DNA from: Candidatus Uhrbacteria bacterium | Lineage (GTDB): Bacteria; Patescibacteriota; Patescibacteriia; 2-12-FULL-60-25 | Direction of reading: 5' to 3' | Length of the DNA: 64,000 bases | Assembly: GCA_903918235.1 (NCBI GenBank) | Contig: CAIXDN010000041.1 | Coordinates: 22-64,021 of the forward strand | Shown: positions 46,146 through 55,382 of the stretch, piece after piece | How positions within the stretch are numbered: the first letter of the stretch is position 1 | Layout of the letters: each line of letters begins with the position of its first letter | Program-made: the position numbers and the translations under genes | Notes under the pieces: model-generated | What the model was told of the DNA's origin: nothing | Database searches by the model: none | The model's input: the letters and a program-made list of their open reading frames with translations, nothing else

Positions 46146-46686
46146 AGGATTCCGGAGACTGTTGTTTTTTTGCGTTTCTTCGGAGCTGGATATGATGAAC
46201 CATGAAACCAACAAGACTGCCGATCAATGCTCCGGCAATAACATCCGTTGGATAATGCACGCCTGTTGCCATACGACCAAAACCTACAAGCGCTGCTGCG
46301 AGAATCGCGATGATACCAATTCCAGGACCGCCGTATACAAGCACGATCGCTGCCGCGAATGCCGTTGCTGTATGCCCAGAAGGAAATGAGTACATCGTCA
46401 GTGGCGGTGGAATCAATGCGTGTATTGATGGATCAGCTAAATATGGACGTACCCGCTCCATAAAATGACCAAAGATCGTTGTGATCGTTAGTGCGATTAC
46501 CGCGGCCCATGTCGCTTCATAAGCGATTTTTCGTAGATGTCTCCTCCCCTTTCCAAAGCCGATATAAGCAACAAAGAGCGCAAAAACAAAAACGAGATAG
46601 CGTGCAAAAAATATTGAAACGTTTTGGCCGAGCTCCCCGGACATTGATTCTTGTATTCCTTGTAAGATCAGAATTTCTCCAGACAT
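46129..46686 (-). CDS. PAP2-family phosphatase (BcrC/undecaprenyl-diphosphatase-like)
   Basis: 185 aa, multi-TM. PAP2 motifs SFPSGHTATAFAAA and GVHYPTDVIAGALIG. Confidence 0.8.
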   Translation of the reverse strand: MSGEILILQGIQESMSGELGQNVSIFFARYLVFVFALFVAYIGFGKGRRHLRKIAYEATWAAVIALTITTIFGHFMERVRPYLADPSIHALIPPPLTMYSFPSGHTATAFAAAIVLVYGGPGIGIIAILAAALVGFGRMATGVHYPTDVIAGALIGSLVGFMVHHIQLRRNAKKQQSPESYAKHH

Positions 46687-46699
46687 GCATTAAAGCTTA

Positions 46700-47323
46700 T
46701 CAGATTTTTGGCTTGTTTGGATATACGCACCATTTTGCCAACGGACACTTCTCACATTGTGGTCTTCCGGGTTTACAGATCTCTCGACCGAATTGGACTA
46801 TTGTACGATTCACCTCGATCCATAGATACTCAGGGATCCCTGCTCGCAAGTCTCTTTCTACCTCGATAGGCGTTTTCCCTTTCGACCATCCTAATCGATG
46901 AACCACGCGGAATACATGCGTATCAACAGCAATCGCGGGGATCTTGAACGCATATGCTAAGACACAGCTTGCTGTTTTACGGCCAACGCCCGGCAATGTC
47001 ATTAGTTCTTCTATCGTGTGTGGTACGATGCCGTTGAAATTATCGAGGAGTTGCTTTGCGAGAGCTTTTACTGATTTGGCTTTCACATTGTAAAAACCAA
47101 TCGGGCGCAGAATAACTCCCAGTTCCTCGAGACTGGCCTCTGCAAGCGCTTTCATCGTCGGGAAGCGTTTTCGTAATACTGGATAGACTCGCAGCACCTG
47201 TTTATCCGTTGTACGTGCCGACAGTAGAGTTGCGATGAGCGTGTCCTCAGCCTTCCCCATATCCATCATTCCTTTTTCTGGATACCGATCGGATACTATT
47301 TTGATCATCCGTATTACGTTCAT
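46700..47323 (-). CDS. nth: Endonuclease III (DNA glycosylase/AP lyase)
   Basis: HhH-GPD (LMTLPGVGRKTASCVL...VDTHVFRV) and a C-terminal 4Fe-4S cluster C-x6-C-x2-C-x5-C (CKPGRPQCEKCPLAKWC). Confidence 0.9.
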   Translation of the reverse strand: MNVIRMIKIVSDRYPEKGMMDMGKAEDTLIATLLSARTTDKQVLRVYPVLRKRFPTMKALAEASLEELGVILRPIGFYNVKAKSVKALAKQLLDNFNGIVPHTIEELMTLPGVGRKTASCVLAYAFKIPAIAVDTHVFRVVHRLGWSKGKTPIEVERDLRAGIPEYLWIEVNRTIVQFGREICKPGRPQCEKCPLAKWCVYPNKPKI

Positions 47324-48900
47324 ATCAATGACTGACCCGTCATGATCGATGGCGGTGTGATCTCAAGCAGTTTCAATATTGTTGGCGCGACATCGGCTAG
47401 CATGCCAACAGGAGTATTCAATGAGAGATCACCCCCAATCACATCGCCAGAAGGCGCACGAATTCCCTCAAGAGATTTGCTGGCAACAATGAATGGCACC
47501 GGGTTTGTTGAGTGCTCTTTATCCATATCGCCTGTTATAAGATTTTTTACTTCCTCGGCATTTCCATGGTCGGCGGTAATCACTACCGCACCACCAACGG
47601 CGAGCGCTGCATCAACAATCATTCCGATCGCTTTATCAACGGCTTCACAGGCTTTAATCGTTGCTAGATAATTTCCTGTATGTCCTACCATGTCTGGGTT
47701 TGCAAAATTTAGGACGATAAAATCATAGGAGCTGGCAGCGATTTCTTTGACGACGCGATCAGCGATACCAAATGCAGACATCTCGGGAACTTCATCATAA
47801 CTTGAGACACGTGGACTTGGGATAATAACGCGGTCCTCGCCAGGAAATTCATCCTCTGCCATTCCGTTGAGGAAGAATGTTACGTGAGCATATTTTTCTG
47901 TTTCTGCAATATGGAGCTGACGTAGACCTGCGTCGGAAATAGCCTTTGCCAAACAGGTTTCTATTGGCTGTGGTGGAAACACTACTTCAACAGGAAGATC
48001 TTTTTCATACTCCGTCATCGTTGCAAAAAAGACATTTTTTACATACTCCCGAGGGAACTTATCAAAGGCTGGTAAGGCGAATGCTTTTGTTATTTCACGC
48101 GCTCGATCTGGACGGAAATTAAAGAAGACGATGGAGTCCCCTTCTTGTACTGGCGCGCCACCGTTTATAATGGTTGGGACAAACTGCTCGTCAAAGATGT
48201 TTTTTGCATAGGATGTCTCGAGTGCTTCCAATGCTGTATTTGCGTGCTCTCCATCAGCTTTTACAATGGCATTGTAGGCTTTTTCTACACGATCCCAGCG
48301 GTTGTCACGATCCATTGCAAAATATCGTCCTGCCATTGATGCGATCCTTCCAACGCCGAGCTCTGCCATCTTTGCTTCTAATTCTGTTACAAAGCTTGTT
48401 GCGGAATTATAAAGCGCATCACGACCATCTAGAAAACAATGAACCGGAATATCTTTTATTCCTTCTCGACGACAAAACTCGAGCAATGCATTTAGGTGTT
48501 CTTGCGATGCATGTACATTTCCTTGTGACAATAACCCCATCAAATGGAGTCGTCCTCCGGTTGATTTTCTATGTGCGATCGCTTTTTTTAGTGTGGAATT
48601 ATTATAGAATTCTTGCGTTTCAATGGAGAGGTTTATGCGTGGAAGCGTTTGATAGAAGATGCGACCAGCGCCAATTGTGAGGTGACCAACCTCAGAATTA
48701 CCCATTTCTCCCCAAGAAAGTCCGACCGCACCAGCGGAGCCGTGAACTGTCATCGCTGGATAGCCTTCAATCAAGCGTTTAAATACAGGCATTTTCGCAT
48801 CATAAATGGCATTCCCATCTGCTTGGGGCGCAATTCCGAATCCATCAATAATCATTAGAACGACTGGTTTTGGTCTTGACATAGCCCTTATTTTAGCCAT
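47320..48900 (-). CDS. gpmI: 2,3-bisphosphoglycerate-independent phosphoglycerate mutase
   Basis: 526 aa. PVVLMIIDGFG, MGNSEVGHLTIGAGR, NFANPDMVGHTG and ITADHGNAE motifs of iPGM. Confidence 0.93.
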   Translation of the reverse strand: MAKIRAMSRPKPVVLMIIDGFGIAPQADGNAIYDAKMPVFKRLIEGYPAMTVHGSAGAVGLSWGEMGNSEVGHLTIGAGRIFYQTLPRINLSIETQEFYNNSTLKKAIAHRKSTGGRLHLMGLLSQGNVHASQEHLNALLEFCRREGIKDIPVHCFLDGRDALYNSATSFVTELEAKMAELGVGRIASMAGRYFAMDRDNRWDRVEKAYNAIVKADGEHANTALEALETSYAKNIFDEQFVPTIINGGAPVQEGDSIVFFNFRPDRAREITKAFALPAFDKFPREYVKNVFFATMTEYEKDLPVEVVFPPQPIETCLAKAISDAGLRQLHIAETEKYAHVTFFLNGMAEDEFPGEDRVIIPSPRVSSYDEVPEMSAFGIADRVVKEIAASSYDFIVLNFANPDMVGHTGNYLATIKACEAVDKAIGMIVDAALAVGGAVVITADHGNAEEVKNLITGDMDKEHSTNPVPFIVASKSLEGIRAPSGDVIGGDLSLNTPVGMLADVAPTILKLLEITPPSIMTGQSLI

Positions 48901-48972
48901 TTTTTTGCCTTTTGCGCAACATTGTTCATAAACATTGACATTTTAGCCAATTTGTGGTACTTTATATCGTTC

Positions 48973-48986
48973 CACGAACGTTCGTG
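48973..48986. promoter_or_regulatory. Perfect 14-bp palindrome (operator candidate) in the promoter region of the high-GC gene
   Basis: CACGAACGTTCGTG lies just downstream of a TTGACA box (about 48934) and 47 nt upstream of the ATG at 49033. Confidence 0.4.
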
Positions 48987-49032
48987 TGAACGCGAATTTT
49001 CACAAATTGAGAACTACTGAATGGAGGAATTC

Positions 49033-50310
49033 ATGGCAAAGAAAGATCTGTATGACAGCTTCGACCCCAACGCTCTCGATGAGGATGAGCCACTCGAGTC
49101 GAAAACGGTAGAGGATGAGAATGACGAAGAAGGTTCTCCCTCGCAGGCCGAGTTCGATAACGCAGTAGCTGCGCGAGTCGAGGCGGAGATCGAACCCGCC
49201 GTAGCTGCGGCGAAGGCTGCGGCGGAGGCGAAGGCGAAGGCTGAGCTCGATGCGGCTGTCGCGACGGCCAGGACGCAAGCCATGCTTGAGTTCGAGGCTG
49301 AAGCTGAGGCTCGGGCTCGGGCGACCATGCCTGAGCTGAGGCATCGGATCACGGTCGGGAGCAATCCCGATAACAACGTGGTTGTGTCTGGGAATGCGAG
49401 TGTGGAAGCGTATCACGCTTTCCTCGAGTACTTGCCAGAGCACAATGCGGTCGTGGTCAAGCCGTATCTGACCAAGGCAGGAACGTTCCTCGGCGAGATC
49501 CTCGTTCCCGCTGTGGGGATGTCGGTCGAGGTTGGACAGGTGCTCTCGTTTGGCACTGCGGCTTACATCCTTGGCATGCAGCCGGATGGGACGCTGTGTC
49601 TCTCACCAACAACCAAGGAGGCCTCTGCTGAGGCCTCTGAGAAGGAGAAGAGAAGGATGGCAGTCACTGAAGCAATTCCGGCAGGGGTGGTCGAGGCGGA
49701 GTTTGAAGATGTTCCTCACAAGACTCCTGAGACTGAGACCGAGACTTCCTCGAGGCCGTCCTCGGTTCCTCCTCCGCTTCCGGTTGGACGCGGGAAGCAG
49801 GACCCTGATCGGAACCTCGGCCTCAAGCTGGGTTTCGCGTTGCTCACGGTGCTCATGTTCGTGGTGCTGGGACTCGTGTTCCAGGGTCGCGAGCAGGCTG
49901 CCACTGCGACGCCGCGCGTCACGCCGCATGCCACGAGGCATGTTCGTCCGCTTCCGCTCACGATGGCTCCCCGAGCCATTGTCGCGCCGACTCCCCACCC
50001 GGTGCAACCGGGACCCATCATGACTGTCGTCCCGACTCTGGTGGTGGCTCCGCCGGTGGTAGCGGCTCCGGTCGCCGTATCCACGGGCGGCTACTCGTGC
50101 CGACCAGGGAGCGAGGTCACGAGCTGCGAGCACGTGGCTGAGTTCCTTCTCACACAGGAAGACGGAGCACCCTACTGGGACTGCTCCGGCATCTCTCTCG
50201 ATCAGTATCGAGAGATGTTCACCGTCGAGGATCCAAGTGGTGCTCGCAGTATCGTGGCAAACACATGTGCTTGCCAGTACTGCGAGCCGATCGTCGGCGC
50301 TCTCCCGTAG
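49033..50310 (+). CDS. High-GC membrane protein with a degenerate FHA-like domain and a Cys-rich extracytoplasmic C-terminus
   Basis: ATG at 49033 sits 5 nt after GGAGG. Acidic and Ala-rich N-terminus. ITVGSNPDNNVVVSGNASVEAYHAFLEY...KAGTFLGE...VEVGQVLSFG resembles FHA. TM LGFALLTVLMFVVLGLVF, a Pro-rich linker and 6 Cys in the last 70 aa. Confidence 0.6.
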   Translation: MAKKDLYDSFDPNALDEDEPLESKTVEDENDEEGSPSQAEFDNAVAARVEAEIEPAVAAAKAAAEAKAKAELDAAVATARTQAMLEFEAEAEARARATMPELRHRITVGSNPDNNVVVSGNASVEAYHAFLEYLPEHNAVVVKPYLTKAGTFLGEILVPAVGMSVEVGQVLSFGTAAYILGMQPDGTLCLSPTTKEASAEASEKEKRRMAVTEAIPAGVVEAEFEDVPHKTPETETETSSRPSSVPPPLPVGRGKQDPDRNLGLKLGFALLTVLMFVVLGLVFQGREQAATATPRVTPHATRHVRPLPLTMAPRAIVAPTPHPVQPGPIMTVVPTLVVAPPVVAAPVAVSTGGYSCRPGSEVTSCEHVAEFLLTQEDGAPYWDCSGISLDQYREMFTVEDPSGARSIVANTCACQYCEPIVGALP

Positions 50311-50335
50311 CGACTCTACGGCAGAGACTCTTACA

Positions 50336-50378
50336 CAGCGCCCCATCCTGCTTTCGCGGGATGGGGCGCTCTTTTTTT
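50336..50378. terminator. Bidirectional intrinsic terminator
   Basis: AGCGCCCCATCC-tgctttcgcg-GGATGGGGCGCT followed by TTTTTTTT, between convergent genes. Confidence 0.75.
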
Positions 50379-50379
50379 T

Positions 50380-52419
50380 CTAATAAATAAAGTAGTACGA
50401 AGGCTTGTTTGGGGTTGCTGGGTCTGGTACGACGGTAATCGTGACTGAGGCGGTCTTTGTTACGCCGAGCTCTGTATAGTGCGCCGTCACAATTCCTGGC
50501 GTCTGCTGACCGGCACAGAATGTCATAATACTTCCATTGCTCGCGAACAAAAGCGTTTGGTCGCTTACTGATACCGTGGAAAAAATCGTCACATCTTTTT
50601 CTCCACCGGCGCCGTCTATCGCAAATACTTTATATGGAAGACTTGCGCTACATGTAACCGTTGTCGGGCTCATTAAGCGGATCTCAATCGACTGGAGCGT
50701 TATTGCTTGCTTTGGCTGTGAATGCGTTATGCTTGTTGATACTGTTCTTGTGCCCACGGCGTCACGGAAACTGCCATGTATCGTGATTGTCCCGACAAGG
50801 ATCGGCATGACGATAGTTCCTTGCAATTGACCATCGGTAGGGTTCGCTAATGCAAAGGTTGATTGCGATGTCAGATCATCAACTTGACCATCTGCCTTTG
50901 TACCAAATAATTTTATCTTCATCGTTTGACTTCCAATTGACACGGATGGTGTCGCAACGAGGGACAAGGTTTCATAATCGCGTACAACCTGTGGCGGTGT
51001 TACTGGGGCTGGGGCTGGGGCCGGGGCTGGTGTAGGCGCTGGTTTTGGATTTGTCGTTGGTGGCCTTAGGACAGGATTCTGTATGCTTGGCTCATTAATA
51101 CGGATGATTGGTTTATTTTCAGGAGCAATTTCAATCGGTGCTGGTACTGGTACTGGCGCTTCAACGAGACCGAGTATGGATGACACACGTATGCGTACTG
51201 CTTTGGACTTTGCTTTTAGTCGTGCATCGCCCTGCTGACCGATTTTTGCATCAACGGCATCGAGACGAGCCATGAGATTTGCGATGATGTGCGTACGAGC
51301 ACCAGGTAGACCTGTTCCACCAAGAAGATCATCCACCGTTTCATCGATGCGGATTAACTCGCGATATTGTCCATCGATTTCTTTGTTGTTTATGACGGCA
51401 TCACGCAGTAAGCGAAGCTCATCGATCCATGCAGAATCTGAGGCGGAAGATCGTGTACGGGCAAGCAATGTTGCAATGGTATGAAGCTCTCCACGTAGCG
51501 CATCAGCCCTGTCACCAATGATAGGCAAGAGCAAGCGAATTCTTGCAAGCGCTTCTTTTGCATACTCTGGATTTATCATGGCGAGTGCTAACTGACGTTT
51601 TGCGTAATCGATCGCTAATTGCTGACGGTCTGTCTCCGAGGCAAGCGCAAGATGTGCTTGTTCTGATGCATCTCTTGCCCATGCAGGAGCGGCGCCTCCT
51701 TTTTTTGCACGCGCCTCAAAACGCGCACGCAGCGTTTTTAATTCATCACGATCAAACTGCGTGTCTTTTCTTTTTTGCTCTGCTTGCCAGGTATCGTCTT
51801 TCGTTAATGCACGCAAAGGTTTACTGCAATCTGTTGCACCAAAACCAGCTGTTTCATTATCCGCAATGAGAGATTCTTCCGTTGCCCCTACGGCCATTAT
51901 GCTGACAACTGATTCTGAAACAGAGGCTTCCGTACATGTTGAAAATTTGTTGATGCCATAGGTTGTACCGCGCACCGTCGCAACGACATCGCTTGTACGG
52001 ACCTCTATCGAGCTATCGACATCAAGCAATTTCAGCATACGATTCCAAATGCGTCCCGCATTTAGCTGGAGATGAATCCCGATGTTTTTTCCACCGGAAA
52101 TATCTGTTGGCGCTGAGTTAATCACAAGATCTGTATTTTGATCGACACGCGTCACGCCTTCATCGCCCCAGAGAATTTGCGCTTCAGCATCTGTACCGGT
52201 TTTGATCATGTCGCCGGCATGAACCTCTTGGAGGTTTTGTGCCGTCATCCATGTCTCACCAACCTTGTACTCAACATTCCCTCTGATGACTTCCATACGG
52301 ATCAATGGAGCCTGCTCTGACGTTACTGACCCAATAGACCAAAACCAGGCACCGCCAATTCCAAGCAATGCGACTGCGATCGCCACCGCTGATAACACGA
52401 GGATACGAGATTTGTTCAT
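50380..52419 (-). CDS. FecR-domain membrane-anchored protein with a Pro/Ala linker and C-terminal Ig-like domains
   Basis: N-terminal TM. The FecR-like segment is GNVEYKVGETWMTAQNLQEVHAGDMIKTGTDAEAQILWGDEGVTRVDQNTDLVI. PAPTPAPAPAPAPV linker and a beta-rich C-terminus. Confidence 0.6.
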   Translation of the reverse strand: MNKSRILVLSAVAIAVALLGIGGAWFWSIGSVTSEQAPLIRMEVIRGNVEYKVGETWMTAQNLQEVHAGDMIKTGTDAEAQILWGDEGVTRVDQNTDLVINSAPTDISGGKNIGIHLQLNAGRIWNRMLKLLDVDSSIEVRTSDVVATVRGTTYGINKFSTCTEASVSESVVSIMAVGATEESLIADNETAGFGATDCSKPLRALTKDDTWQAEQKRKDTQFDRDELKTLRARFEARAKKGGAAPAWARDASEQAHLALASETDRQQLAIDYAKRQLALAMINPEYAKEALARIRLLLPIIGDRADALRGELHTIATLLARTRSSASDSAWIDELRLLRDAVINNKEIDGQYRELIRIDETVDDLLGGTGLPGARTHIIANLMARLDAVDAKIGQQGDARLKAKSKAVRIRVSSILGLVEAPVPVPAPIEIAPENKPIIRINEPSIQNPVLRPPTTNPKPAPTPAPAPAPAPVTPPQVVRDYETLSLVATPSVSIGSQTMKIKLFGTKADGQVDDLTSQSTFALANPTDGQLQGTIVMPILVGTITIHGSFRDAVGTRTVSTSITHSQPKQAITLQSIEIRLMSPTTVTCSASLPYKVFAIDGAGGEKDVTIFSTVSVSDQTLLFASNGSIMTFCAGQQTPGIVTAHYTELGVTKTASVTITVVPDPATPNKPSYYFIY

Positions 52420-52530
52420 AGGATATATTGCCGAATATAGCCTAAAACAGTAGAAAGATCAATCCCCTGTCTCCCCTTGATTGTCCTCTCTGGACCTGCT
52501 AATCTCGATCGCGATCATGAGTACCAATTT

Positions 52531-52606
52531 CGGGCTATAGCGCAGTTGGTAGCGCGCATCGTTCGGGACGATGAGGCCGAGGGTTCGAGTCCCTCTAGCC
52601 CGACCA
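52531..52606 (+). tRNA. tRNA-Pro (anticodon CGG), CCA encoded
   Basis: Hand-folded cloverleaf: acceptor CGGGCTA/TAGCCCG, D arm GCGC-AGTTGGTA-GCGC, anticodon arm CATCG-TTCGGGA-CGATG, T arm GAGGG-TTCGAGT-CCCTC, then A-CCA. A terminator-like hairpin follows at 52610-52640. Confidence 0.9.
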
Positions 52607-52663
52607 CGTAAAAAGCCATAGCGAACGCTGTGGCTTTTTCTATGGCTTCACGTGGTGCGACCT

Positions 52664-54142
52664 TTAGTAGACTCTCATCATGTAGCGTTCGATGGGGGCG
52701 TATTCATCTGTGAGGATTGGCATGTCGGTTGTGATGTCTTTTTGCCAACGCTGTTTTAGATATTGCGCAATCTCTTCATTCGCTGGTACCTGCTCCATTG
52801 GTTCTGCCGATTTTGCTGCGACGATCATGAGATTTTGTTTTTTTGTTGCATCGTCCTCATTCACCCAAAATGCATAGACATTTGGAAACACTGATTTATA
52901 TGTCGCGTATTCTGCCTGAAAAAATGGACTTGCATCACCCTCAAATGCTCCAATAAGATTTACAAAAACAACGCCATCCTCCTGTAATCTATCTGACATT
53001 TTTTGTACGGCTTCTCGTGTTGTGAGCTGATAAGGCGGAGTTAGTGACGTAAACGCATCTACGAAGATAGCATCATACATTGTTGATGGAGCCTTATTTA
53101 AAAAGGTACGACCATCCTCATGAAAAATATGAAGCCGCGGGTCATCGGTCAGAAAAAAATATTTTCTCGCTAACGCGGTCAAGGCCGGGTCAAACTCTAC
53201 GACATCAAGATCTGCTTCTGGGAACTTTTTTAGAAATGCCTTGGGGTAGGAATATGCAGCACCGCCAATCATGAGTGCGTGTTTTGGCGGTGAGACAAAT
53301 TGCTCTACCATGTTGTACATTTTTAAATAATCAAACACGAGCTCTGTCACGTCTCCATCAAGAAGCATTCCCGATTGAAGCCCATATTTATCCATTCGTA
53401 ATATTCTTACGAGTCGGTCTTTGTATTGGATTGGATATATCTGTATGCGCTGATAGCTTGTATCGACGTCAATCATGCCTTTTGACTCTGCTTTTGCTTG
53501 AGAAAAGAAGCCGAGAGCCGCTATCACACCAATCACGACAAGCATGATCAATTTTATGCGTATCTTGTCTCTCTGAAGGATGATTGTTGCTAGGATAAGC
53601 GTTCCGGCTAATACATATAAAATATTCGTTGAACCAAAAAACGCGATCAGCAAAAATCCCGCTAAAAATGTACCGACAATACTGCCAAGCGTTGAAAGCG
53701 CATAAAGCGTTCCAATCGTCGTGCCTGCGTGTTCTGTATCGTACATTTTAAGCTTTGCGGCGTAGGGAGAGATCATTCCAAGGATCGCGCTTGCTGGAGC
53801 AAATAACAGAAGCGTTGATGTGACCGTTGCTATATAAAGATTCTTTATCACCTTGCTTATGACATTCAGTATCGGCTCTTTTAGGATGGCTGTTGCGACA
53901 ATACATATCGCAGCAAGCAGAATAATCTGTGCTAGCTCTTCTCGCTGTGCGTTTTGATCTGCTCTTCTTCCGCCCCAATAATATCCAGCACTTAGACTTC
54001 CAAGAATCACTCCAATTAAACTTGTCCAAACGACAATCGACGTTCCAACATAAGGAGCAAGAATACGCGAGCCTACGAGCTCAAGAATCATGACGACCGC
54101 TCCACAGATAAAGACGGTCCATTCAAGCGCGTATTTTTTCAT
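52664..54142 (-). CDS. Fused multi-TM / spermidine-synthase-like (aminopropyltransferase-fold) protein
   Basis: About 200 aa of TM helices, then a class I MTase-like domain (ALMIGGAAYSYPKAFL...DLDVVEFDPALT...YDAIFVDAFTS). Confidence 0.7.
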   Translation of the reverse strand: MKKYALEWTVFICGAVVMILELVGSRILAPYVGTSIVVWTSLIGVILGSLSAGYYWGGRRADQNAQREELAQIILLAAICIVATAILKEPILNVISKVIKNLYIATVTSTLLLFAPASAILGMISPYAAKLKMYDTEHAGTTIGTLYALSTLGSIVGTFLAGFLLIAFFGSTNILYVLAGTLILATIILQRDKIRIKLIMLVVIGVIAALGFFSQAKAESKGMIDVDTSYQRIQIYPIQYKDRLVRILRMDKYGLQSGMLLDGDVTELVFDYLKMYNMVEQFVSPPKHALMIGGAAYSYPKAFLKKFPEADLDVVEFDPALTALARKYFFLTDDPRLHIFHEDGRTFLNKAPSTMYDAIFVDAFTSLTPPYQLTTREAVQKMSDRLQEDGVVFVNLIGAFEGDASPFFQAEYATYKSVFPNVYAFWVNEDDATKKQNLMIVAAKSAEPMEQVPANEEIAQYLKQRWQKDITTDMPILTDEYAPIERYMMRVY

Positions 54143-55377
54143 GAGTGATGATGTCCTTTATGTTCTCCTCCGCCCGACGTACGCACCATTGCCCAAGCTG
54201 CGAGCAAGGCGGTAATTGGTACGGTAAAGACGAGACCGATCGTTCCAGCGAGAGAACGGACAACTTCATCTGTTACGGAATCGAAGTTTATGAATTTTAG
54301 CCAGGATCCGCCGAATTGTTTGTACATGAGAAGCGTTGATAATGACGCACCAACATAGGCAAAGACGAGCGTATTTGCGAGCGCGCCCATATGATCACGA
54401 CCAACGACCATTCCGGATGTAAAGAGATCTTTAAACCCTGCTTTTGGATTTGCATTGCGAACTTCCGAAACTCCGGAGGCAATCGATACAGCCACGTCTT
54501 CCAAGACACCAACCGCAGCGATAATAATTCCAGCGAACAAGAGACCGCGTGGATCAAGCAATGGATTCTTATTGAAGAATGATCGATCTTCCTCTGTGGA
54601 GAGCCCAGAGAGACGCGTCGCATCAACGAAGATCAGCGAGATTACATATGCTACAAGAGCGCCTCCCATTGTCCCGACAGCGACGACTACGGTTTTACGA
54701 TTCCATCCTATTGCAAGGCCGTTGGAGACGAGTGTGAATATTCCAGATATCGCAATGGCAAGTGGTACAGCATTTACACCGCGGAGATATAATGGGATCA
54801 GGACGTATCCGATCATCAGAATTGAAAGCGCAACTCCGCAGGCAACTTTAAAGCCTTGCCAACCGGATAATAAAATAAGCGTAAAGACAAATAAGCCGAT
54901 CAAAACAATCATTGCGGTACGACGATCAAAACCCTCTATATACAAGTTCCAACCTGTTTCACCTGACTGCATAAACACCACAATCTTATCCCCTGCATGT
55001 GGATCAAGGTTATATGGATTTGTTCCGATATCGGAACGAATTTCTTTTACTTGATTGAGTAGCGGCCCTGACAAAAATCGTACACGAAAAAGTTTTACCT
55101 GCTCTGCGCCACCTGGAATCACCGTTGAACCCGCACTCACCGACTCAACTAAACCACGCTCATATTGGCCCTCGCGATCGGATGCGTTGTTTACCGGGGC
55201 ATCTGCTCCGTCTGTTCCATTTGAGGTTGTTCCGCTTTCTGTTGGCGCCGTTGATGTAACAACCTCATCAGTTGAGGTCGTTTGCGCATACGCCATCGGA
55301 GCGCATACGCCTCCTAACCAAAGAATACTCACGCAGGTGAGAAGAGCTCCTCGCATTGAGCGCCGTAGAAATGACAT
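54139..55377 (-). CDS. YibE/F-family integral membrane protein
   Basis: Signal/TM, an extracytoplasmic beta domain (VKLFRVRFLSG...GDKIVVF), then 6-7 TMs with a YibE/F-like pattern. Start taken at MSFLRRS. Confidence 0.65.
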   Translation of the reverse strand: MSFLRRSMRGALLTCVSILWLGGVCAPMAYAQTTSTDEVVTSTAPTESGTTSNGTDGADAPVNNASDREGQYERGLVESVSAGSTVIPGGAEQVKLFRVRFLSGPLLNQVKEIRSDIGTNPYNLDPHAGDKIVVFMQSGETGWNLYIEGFDRRTAMIVLIGLFVFTLILLSGWQGFKVACGVALSILMIGYVLIPLYLRGVNAVPLAIAISGIFTLVSNGLAIGWNRKTVVVAVGTMGGALVAYVISLIFVDATRLSGLSTEEDRSFFNKNPLLDPRGLLFAGIIIAAVGVLEDVAVSIASGVSEVRNANPKAGFKDLFTSGMVVGRDHMGALANTLVFAYVGASLSTLLMYKQFGGSWLKFINFDSVTDEVVRSLAGTIGLVFTVPITALLAAWAMVRTSGGGEHKGHHHS

Positions 55378-55382
55378 ACGAT

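Noticed and set aside
49000-50346. Minus-strand ORFs of 120-247 aa opposite the high-GC gene
   Set aside because: These are high-GC shadow frames. The plus frame has GGAGG-ATG, a TM segment and a downstream terminator.
50995-51045. GGGGCT/GGGGCC microsatellite-like stretch
   Set aside because: It is in frame within the FecR-domain protein and encodes a PAPTPAPAPAPAPV linker. It is not an independent repeat element.
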